Shown here: piece after piece, positions 28,462 through 34,331 of the stretch
How positions within the stretch are numbered: position 1 is the stretch's first letter
Layout: every line of letters begins with the position of its first letter
Assembly: GCA_041746255.1 (NCBI GenBank)
Contig: JBGTHM010000105.1
Location: forward strand, 1-34,331
Length of the DNA: 34,331 nt
Direction: 5' to 3'
Source of the DNA: Fibrobacteria bacterium
GTDB taxonomy: Bacteria; Fibrobacterota; Fibrobacteria; UBA11236
Program-made: the position numbers and the translations under genes
Notes under the pieces: model-generated
Told to the model about the DNA's origin: nothing
The model's input: the letters and a program-made list of their open reading frames with translations, nothing else
The model's database searches: none

Positions 28462-29856
28462 ATGCAAGACCCGAACTTAGTAAAACCGGACTGGAATATC
28501 GATACCGAAATCGAAGTGCTGGAGCGATACGATCGCCAGGTTCCCAGATACACCTCTTATCCACCCATCAATTTTTTCACCTCCGAATTTTCGGACGAAA
28601 CCTACCGGGATAACCTCATCGCTTCGAATCAAAACGGTCCCCGAAACCTCTCCTTTTATTTTCATGTGCCTTTCTGTCCCAAGCGCTGCCTGTTCTGCGG
28701 TTGCACAACCTATATCGCCCAGCCGGGATCGGTGATTTCCGATTACCTCACCTCCTTGAACGTCGAAATGGACATGGTCCTTCCCCTCATCGACTCCGAC
28801 CGTAAAGTCACGCAAATCCATTTCGGAGGCGGAACGCCCAATGCAGCCCCCTTGCACCGCATTACCGCCTTGGTGGATCGACTACGAAAATCCTTCGTCT
28901 TTGCACCGGAAGCCGAAATCGCGATGGAATGCGACCCCAACCTCATCCTACCCGCGCATTTGACGAAATTACGAGAAGCGGGTTTTACTCGGCTTTCTTT
29001 CGGCATCCAGGATGTGCGCGCAGACGTGCTGGAAAGCGTCAACCGTAAGCCGTCGCGTATGCCTCCGCAGGAATTGATTTCCCGTTGCCGCGACTTGGGA
29101 TTCCGGGGGCTCAATCTCGACCTTATCTGCGGACTTCCCTACCAGACGCCCACGACCTTTCTGGAAACGGTGGAAACCATTATCGGCGCCGATCCCGATC
29201 GGATATCCGTCTTCAGCTACGCGCATGTGCCCTGGATGATGGAGCATCAACGTAAACTGGAAAACCACCCCATGCCCACCGCGAAAGAACGCGCGCGCAT
29301 GACCCTGGAAAGCCGACGGTTATTGGAATCCGCGGGATTCGTTCCCATCGGGCTCGACCATTTCGTCAAAGCCGACGACGAATTGGCCACGGCGCAAAAG
29401 CTGGGAAAACTGCATCGCAACTTTCAAGGTTATTGCTCGAAACGCAACACCGGACAGGTTTATTCCTTCGGCGCCAGCGCGATATCGCAATTCGAGCATG
29501 GCTACGGACAGAATTTCAAGGAACTCGCACCCTATCAAGCCGCCATCGCAAAGGGGCGTCTTCCCGTCGAACGCGTGTATGCCATGACACCGAGGGACAG
29601 GGCGGTTCGCGACATCATCAATGCCTTGATGTGCTATGGAGAATTGGACACCTCCGCCCTGGGCGATGAACAAGAGGCAGCCGATGCGGCCAAAAGCCCC
29701 GATTGGATTGCCTTCCAGCAGGACGGATTGATTGAATGCACCCCCGAAAAGGTAAAAGTTACCGCAAGGGGCCGCCTGGCCTTGCGTCTTATCGCTTCGA
29801 CCTTCGATCCCCTGTTGCAAAAGGAGGCTGCCAACCGATATTCACGTTCCCTTTGA
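28462..29856 (+). CDS. hemN: Oxygen-independent coproporphyrinogen III oxidase
   Basis: PRYTSYP, YFHVPFCPKRCLFCGC, HFGGGTP, GLDHF, LHRNFQGY; start either 28462 or 28435. Confidence 0.93.
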   Translation: MQDPNLVKPDWNIDTEIEVLERYDRQVPRYTSYPPINFFTSEFSDETYRDNLIASNQNGPRNLSFYFHVPFCPKRCLFCGCTTYIAQPGSVISDYLTSLNVEMDMVLPLIDSDRKVTQIHFGGGTPNAAPLHRITALVDRLRKSFVFAPEAEIAMECDPNLILPAHLTKLREAGFTRLSFGIQDVRADVLESVNRKPSRMPPQELISRCRDLGFRGLNLDLICGLPYQTPTTFLETVETIIGADPDRISVFSYAHVPWMMEHQRKLENHPMPTAKERARMTLESRRLLESAGFVPIGLDHFVKADDELATAQKLGKLHRNFQGYCSKRNTGQVYSFGASAISQFEHGYGQNFKELAPYQAAIAKGRLPVERVYAMTPRDRAVRDIINALMCYGELDTSALGDEQEAADAAKSPDWIAFQQDGLIECTPEKVKVTARGRLALRLIASTFDPLLQKEAANRYSRSL

Positions 29857-29882
29857 ATCACAAAACCACCCTGGAGCAGAAA

Positions 29883-30602
29883 ATGGAAACCTTGACCCTG
29901 AAAACCACAGTCGGCGAAATCGTGACGAGGAGACCCTCGTTATCACGAGTCTTCGAAAAATTGCATATCGATTATTGCTGCGGGGGAAAAATTTCTCTGG
30001 AAGAAAGCTGCCGCAAAAAGAAACTGGACCCCCAAACGGTGTTGGCCATGCTGGAAGCGGTGGAATCCGAAATCGAAGCAGGCATTCCCGAAATCGACGC
30101 GGCGTCCCTCACCCTGACCGATCTGGTCGACCACATCGAATCGACCCACCATCGTTATTTGTGGGAGGAGATGCCGAGATTGGGCGCCCTGGTCGAAAAG
30201 GTCGCGCGCGTACATGGAGCTCACGATTCCCGTCTCCTCCAAGTCTTGGAAACCTATTCAGACCTGGTCGAAGAACTGGATCTCCACATGCAAAAAGAGG
30301 AAAGGGTGCTATTCCCGTTGATACGGAGTCTGCAAAACGGTGGATCGGCCGCCTCATCCCACTGCGGTTCCGCGGCGAATCCCATTCGCCAGATGCGGAT
30401 GGAACATGAACAGGCGGGCGAAGCGCTCGAAAAGCTCAGGGAGCTTACCGACGATTATACGCCTCCCGACTGGGCTTGCAATTCCTATCGGGCCATGCTC
30501 GACGCCCTGGCCTATTTCGAACAGGATTTGCATAAACATGTGCATAAGGAAAATAACATTCTCTTTCCCCGCGCCTTGGAGCAGGAAACTTCCTGCTGTT
30601 AG
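29883..30602 (+). CDS. ric: Iron-sulfur cluster repair di-iron protein (Ric/YtfE/ScdA)
   Basis: IDYCCGG, STHHRYL, HMQKEE..LFP, MRMEH, HVHKENNILFP; GGAG RBS before ATG 29883. Confidence 0.95.
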   Translation: METLTLKTTVGEIVTRRPSLSRVFEKLHIDYCCGGKISLEESCRKKKLDPQTVLAMLEAVESEIEAGIPEIDAASLTLTDLVDHIESTHHRYLWEEMPRLGALVEKVARVHGAHDSRLLQVLETYSDLVEELDLHMQKEERVLFPLIRSLQNGGSAASSHCGSAANPIRQMRMEHEQAGEALEKLRELTDDYTPPDWACNSYRAMLDALAYFEQDLHKHVHKENNILFPRALEQETSCC

Positions 30603-30635
30603 TCCGGGCAACTGGACCGCGTCGACGGAGAAAAC

Positions 30636-31145
30636 ATGCAAGGTCTCTACCATATCGCGGTTTGGATACACGTGCTTTCCGCCATGCTCTGGGTGGGAGG
30701 TACGGGTTTTCTGGTTCTCGTAGTTGTGCCGGTTCTGCGTAGGCCGGAGTTCACATCCCTGTCCGCTTCGCTGATGCGTTATACCGGTTTGCGCTTCCGC
30801 ATCGTCGGCTGGATTTGCCTGGGATTGCTGGTCGCGACAGGAATCCTTATCCTGGGATTCCGGGGCTATGCTTGGGCCGATTTTTTCAACGGCTCGATGT
30901 TTACCGGCGCTTTCGGGAATATCCTGGCCGTAAAGCTGATTATGGTGGGAGCCATTCTCTCCATCAGCGCCATGCACGACTTCTTCCTCGGACCACGGGC
31001 CATGCGTCTGATCCTGGAAAATCCGGATTCACCTGCGACAGCCCGGAACCGCAAAATAGCCTCCTGGCTCGCGCGCATCACCTTGCTGCTGGGACTGGGT
31101 ACGGTTTTCGCGGCGATTTCCCTGCTGCGCGGATGGCCTTGGTAA
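30636..31145 (+). CDS. DUF4149/CopD-like membrane protein
   Basis: WIHVLSAMLWVGG, four hydrophobic helices, AMHDFFLGPRA. Confidence 0.7.
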   Translation: MQGLYHIAVWIHVLSAMLWVGGTGFLVLVVVPVLRRPEFTSLSASLMRYTGLRFRIVGWICLGLLVATGILILGFRGYAWADFFNGSMFTGAFGNILAVKLIMVGAILSISAMHDFFLGPRAMRLILENPDSPATARNRKIASWLARITLLLGLGTVFAAISLLRGWPW

Positions 31146-31157
31146 CCTTAGGGTTAC

Positions 31158-32369
31158 CTAGGATCGGGGAAGCGGGCGACGTAAGACCAAAGGCAGGAAT
31201 ATCGCCGACCAAACCCAGAGGGCGGCCAGGACAAAAAAAGAGGCGCAGGCCAAGTGAAGTAAATACGCGCCGGGCCATATTTCCGTGGATACCCGGGATG
31301 ACGCACCCATGACCATAAGGATTGCAAGTGTCAAGGACCAGCGTCGATGGGCGGAAAGGATGCCGACATTGCCACCATGCGCGGCTATCACGCGCGAGGC
31401 CACGGCGATGGTTATCAACAAAAATCCGGGAATGAAAATAATATGCTGCCAAGCCATGACGTATTGCGGAAATACTATCGGCAAAGCCAGACCCGCGAGA
31501 ATGGAAACCAAAGCTATACGGATGAAGTTGAGGTAGTATTCCAGTCCCGAAGCCTTCCAAATCGGAAGTTGCGCAAGCAACAAAACCCCGATCGCCAGGC
31601 GCATTCCATATCCCAAGCGGATTCCCAGTTCGCTATTTACCTCTTTCGCAACGCACGCCTCCACGAAATAACTGAGAAAGATTCCCAAACCTGCGAGCAG
31701 GATGGGCCATTGGGTGGAAAATCCGGATTTCAGACCGGCTAAACTTTGGGGTGATACTTCCAGTTTCGCGAAAAGCTTGGGAAAAAGAAATCCCCCGACT
31801 CCCAGAATCAGCAATAGCAAAAAACCTTGATGCAACAGTCCTCGACCCAAAAGCACCAGATGTGGAGGTGTCTTACCCAACAGGCCCTCTAATTCCAGGC
31901 TGCCGCCGACCAATCCCGCAAGCAAGGCGAAAGCGATAAAAATGAATTGAGGTGGCGGGTTCCGGTTTCGCCGCGGGAGCCTGGGCAATGCGAAAATCAG
32001 AAAATTGACGAGCAGCACCAGGTATACGGCCATTCCCGCCACGAGCTGCCCCATGGCGCCAAGTATCGACAAGGCGGACAAACCCAGGGTGAACAGCGCC
32101 AGTTGAAATTTCCCGATGGAAGGAAGCCCCAGGGCATTCGGGAGCATCGTCAACAGGAATCCGAATACGAAGCATAACATCGCGCTTTGCATCTGTATCA
32201 TGGCATGCGCTCGACCCGGATAAGCAAACTCGGGCCAGAAATAAAAAAGGATCCAGATTCCCAACCCTACATGGGTGATAAGAATTCCTAGTGGGAAAAG
32301 GAGCCGATAAGGCTCTTTGCAAAGTTGCGTCATATTTGGATTCCAGATTGGCTGTATCAGGACATTCAC
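31158..32369 (-). CDS. nnrS: NnrS-family membrane protein (NO stress)
   Basis: EPYRLLFPLG, HA...FGFLLTMLP, QHIIFIPG, RVIAAHGG; about 12 TM; last gene of the nirK operon, GTGA overlap with the upstream stop. Confidence 0.75.
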   Translation of the reverse strand: MNVLIQPIWNPNMTQLCKEPYRLLFPLGILITHVGLGIWILFYFWPEFAYPGRAHAMIQMQSAMLCFVFGFLLTMLPNALGLPSIGKFQLALFTLGLSALSILGAMGQLVAGMAVYLVLLVNFLIFALPRLPRRNRNPPPQFIFIAFALLAGLVGGSLELEGLLGKTPPHLVLLGRGLLHQGFLLLLILGVGGFLFPKLFAKLEVSPQSLAGLKSGFSTQWPILLAGLGIFLSYFVEACVAKEVNSELGIRLGYGMRLAIGVLLLAQLPIWKASGLEYYLNFIRIALVSILAGLALPIVFPQYVMAWQHIIFIPGFLLITIAVASRVIAAHGGNVGILSAHRRWSLTLAILMVMGASSRVSTEIWPGAYLLHLACASFFVLAALWVWSAIFLPLVLRRPLPRS

Positions 32370-32986
32370 TTGCCGAGAAGCTTGACAATTCGCTCGATCA
32401 TCGGCTTCGGCTCGTTATTCATGCCGGTTTGCTGATGCCTGACGGTTCCCTCACGATCAAGCAATGTAATGAGATTACTGTGGGCGTACTGCTCCCTTTC
32501 ATCCTCCCGGTAATTGAATCCCAAAACGGCCGCGAGTTCACGCACATTGTCCGCACCGCCGGTCAACAAGGTCCAACCGGATCCCTTCAGCTGCATTTTA
32601 TCCCGATAGGCGCGCAAGGCCTCGACCGAATCGCGTTCCGGATCCATGGTGATCAAAACAAAGCGGGTCGATTTCCGATGCTTTTTCGGCAACCCGCTCT
32701 CAATTTTACGCATATCGTTGACGATCATGGGGCAGGCGAATTCACAATGGGTGAACATAAGCGCCAATACCACCGGACTCCCCTGCAAAGTGCCCAGTTT
32801 GAAGGTTTTGCCCTCGTCCGTGGTCCATTCCGAGGAAAGATGGAACAAAGAATTTCCGGGTACCTCCACCTGTAGAGATTTAACCTCGTCGGCATAGGCT
32901 CTCAATTGCAAATACCCGATGCATAAAACGCCGATGGTAATGACTAAAGCCATACTCAGGCATTCGAGGAACAGATTCTTTTTCAT
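32366..32986 (-). CDS. Sco/SenC-family copper chaperone
   Basis: FTHCEFACP (CxxxC), TMDPERDS, YAHSNLITLLD; ATG 32986 overlaps the upstream stop (ATGA) and has a GGAGG RBS. Confidence 0.9.
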   Translation of the reverse strand: MKKNLFLECLSMALVITIGVLCIGYLQLRAYADEVKSLQVEVPGNSLFHLSSEWTTDEGKTFKLGTLQGSPVVLALMFTHCEFACPMIVNDMRKIESGLPKKHRKSTRFVLITMDPERDSVEALRAYRDKMQLKGSGWTLLTGGADNVRELAAVLGFNYREDEREQYAHSNLITLLDREGTVRHQQTGMNNEPKPMIERIVKLLGK

Positions 32987-33780
32987 GGCATATCCTCCGC
33001 ACAGCGAAAACCAAGATTCTTGACGCAATAGGCGGCCTTCAAACTGCTGCGAATGGCGAATCGCATGAACCCGGCATAATCGGCCGGGTCGGACGCTTTG
33101 AAAGCTCCACTGCCGCAAAACATTCCTTGATCCAACGCGGCATCACCGCGCGATTCCCCGGAAACCAGGGCTGAATTGAAATCCAAGGTCCATTCCCACA
33201 CCAGGCCGAGCATGTCGTGAATTTCCAACGCATTGGGCTTACCCTTTCCCACATCCCCCAATGCGGAACCACCCGGACGCGCATACCAATCCAGAATACC
33301 TTTAACGGCTGCCGCCGAATCGCCGGGATTAAGTTCCGCGGCAGCCCGCTCCCACTCGTTAAGACGGGGAAGTCTTTTTCCCTGGGCTTCGCAATAGGCT
33401 CTGGCTGCGAACCAGGATACGCTGGTAACCGGACTTTGCAAACCCAATGTTCCCGGATCGTTATCACCGGCCCAATCCCGAAGGTAGGCGGTGTCGGCAA
33501 ACAGAGTTTTAACTCGGGATCGGCTCCATTCGGAATGCCGTTTCACAAAACCCAGGTACTCCCCGACGGTTACCGGATACTTATCCAGGAAAAAAGCCGG
33601 CACTTTATCGGGCTTGTCCCCTTTGGATTTGGGATAAAGGGCAAGATATTCGCCCTCAGGAACAAAAACCATTCCGGATGGTGGTGAACCCGCCTGGGCC
33701 CGAACCAGCAAACTGCCCAGAATGAGGCCGGCCAGTGCCGCCCTCATTCCCAATCGCCGTGTGATTTTTCCCTTGAGCAT
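32983..33780 (-). CDS. nirV: FGE-sulfatase-fold exported protein, NirV-like
   Basis: Signal peptide; PVTSVSWFAARAYC...GKRLP...EWE, DMLGLVWEW, LGFRC; directly downstream of nirK. Confidence 0.75.
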   Translation of the reverse strand: MLKGKITRRLGMRAALAGLILGSLLVRAQAGSPPSGMVFVPEGEYLALYPKSKGDKPDKVPAFFLDKYPVTVGEYLGFVKRHSEWSRSRVKTLFADTAYLRDWAGDNDPGTLGLQSPVTSVSWFAARAYCEAQGKRLPRLNEWERAAAELNPGDSAAAVKGILDWYARPGGSALGDVGKGKPNALEIHDMLGLVWEWTLDFNSALVSGESRGDAALDQGMFCGSGAFKASDPADYAGFMRFAIRSSLKAAYCVKNLGFRCAEDMP

Positions 33781-33806
33781 AACAGTGCCATTTCCAGATT
33801 TGAGGA

Positions 33807-34331
33807 TTAATCCCGAAGTTTTTTGACCTCGTCCGCGATAACCGCATCGCCCTTATTGCCCCAGCTGTTGCGCACATAGGTGAGAACGCTGGCCACGTCC
33901 AGATCATTCAGTTTTATCACCGGCATGACGCTATTGTAGTGTTCGCCGTTGACGATGATGGGACCTTCCAATCCATGCAGAATGGTTTTGATGGAGCGCG
34001 CTTTATCTTCCATCAGATAATCGGCTTTGGCCAGGGGCGGAAAAGCGCCCTTAATACCTTCTCCGTTGGGTTGGTGGCAAGCGGCGCAGTTTTGCGTATA
34101 AACATCTTTTCCGCGCTCCATCATTTGGGCGGTGTTCATAGTGGTAGGAAGGCTCACCGTCTCTGCTTTGGGCATGGATTGGGTGCCTCCGCCTTCCGCC
34201 AAATAGACCATATCATGTTGTTTTCCTGAATAAACCACCTTATCCTCAGGTCCTTCCACTTTTATCATTCCCAACGCTCCCTTGTTGAAAGCGCGGAAAA
34301 TGGAATGATCCACCAGGATAAGCGTGCCGGG
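33807..34331 (-). CDS. nirK: Copper-containing nitrite reductase with fused C-terminal cytochrome c (5' part outside the window)
   Basis: Frame open to the window edge; PGTLILVDHSIFRAFNKGALG is the AniA/NirK-type C-terminal Cu-ligand motif, followed by a linker and CAACH...FPPLA...MP class I cytochrome c. Confidence 0.88.
   Translation of the reverse strand, partial: PGTLILVDHSIFRAFNKGALGMIKVEGPEDKVVYSGKQHDMVYLAEGGGTQSMPKAETVSLPTTMNTAQMMERGKDVYTQNCAACHQPNGEGIKGAFPPLAKADYLMEDKARSIKTILHGLEGPIIVNGEHYNSVMPVIKLNDLDVASVLTYVRNSWGNKGDAVIADEVKKLRD

Noticed and set aside
31141..31158. GGTAACC-ttag-GGTTACC hairpin at the convergent DUF4149/nnrS junction
   Set aside because: Only a 7-bp stem with no U-tract; too weak to call a terminator

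Overview
Bacterial chromosomal segment (Gram-negative-type gene content) with no mobile element or CRISPR array visible. Left to right: a 3'-truncated exported protein with a Cys-less TlpA-like domain, a stand-alone receiver protein, a hypothetical protein, an AI-2E family permease and tRNA-Asn(GTT); a complete chemosensory cluster (cheA-cheW-mcp-cheR-cheD-cheY-cheX-like-cheB); then a ~22 kb region dominated by nitrogen-oxide respiration and NO-stress genes. An Fe-S Rrf2 regulator is divergent from a 7-gene heme-copper oxidoreductase operon: a degenerate subunit-I paralogue, a 56-aa membrane peptide missed by the ORF track, CuA subunit II, a subunit I with Gln instead of the active-site Tyr (eNOR-type NO reductase), a Sco protein, a cytochrome b/2x[4Fe-4S]/MvhD-like fusion and ctaB. 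Further right are a GAF histidine kinase, class II ribonucleotide reductase nrdJ with tandem NrdR boxes, a YtkA-like lipoprotein plus outer-membrane barrel, a YhcC-family radical SAM gene, hemN-ric-DUF4149/CopD-like, and the distal part of a nirK(-cytochrome c)-nirV-sco-nnrS operon. The most notable observations are the eNOR operon with its two unexplained accessory proteins, and a YRGATA-N4-TATCYA palindrome present twice at the eNOR promoter and once at the hemN-ric start, which suggests an Rrf2 regulon. All family assignments are from motif recognition by eye; no database searches were run.
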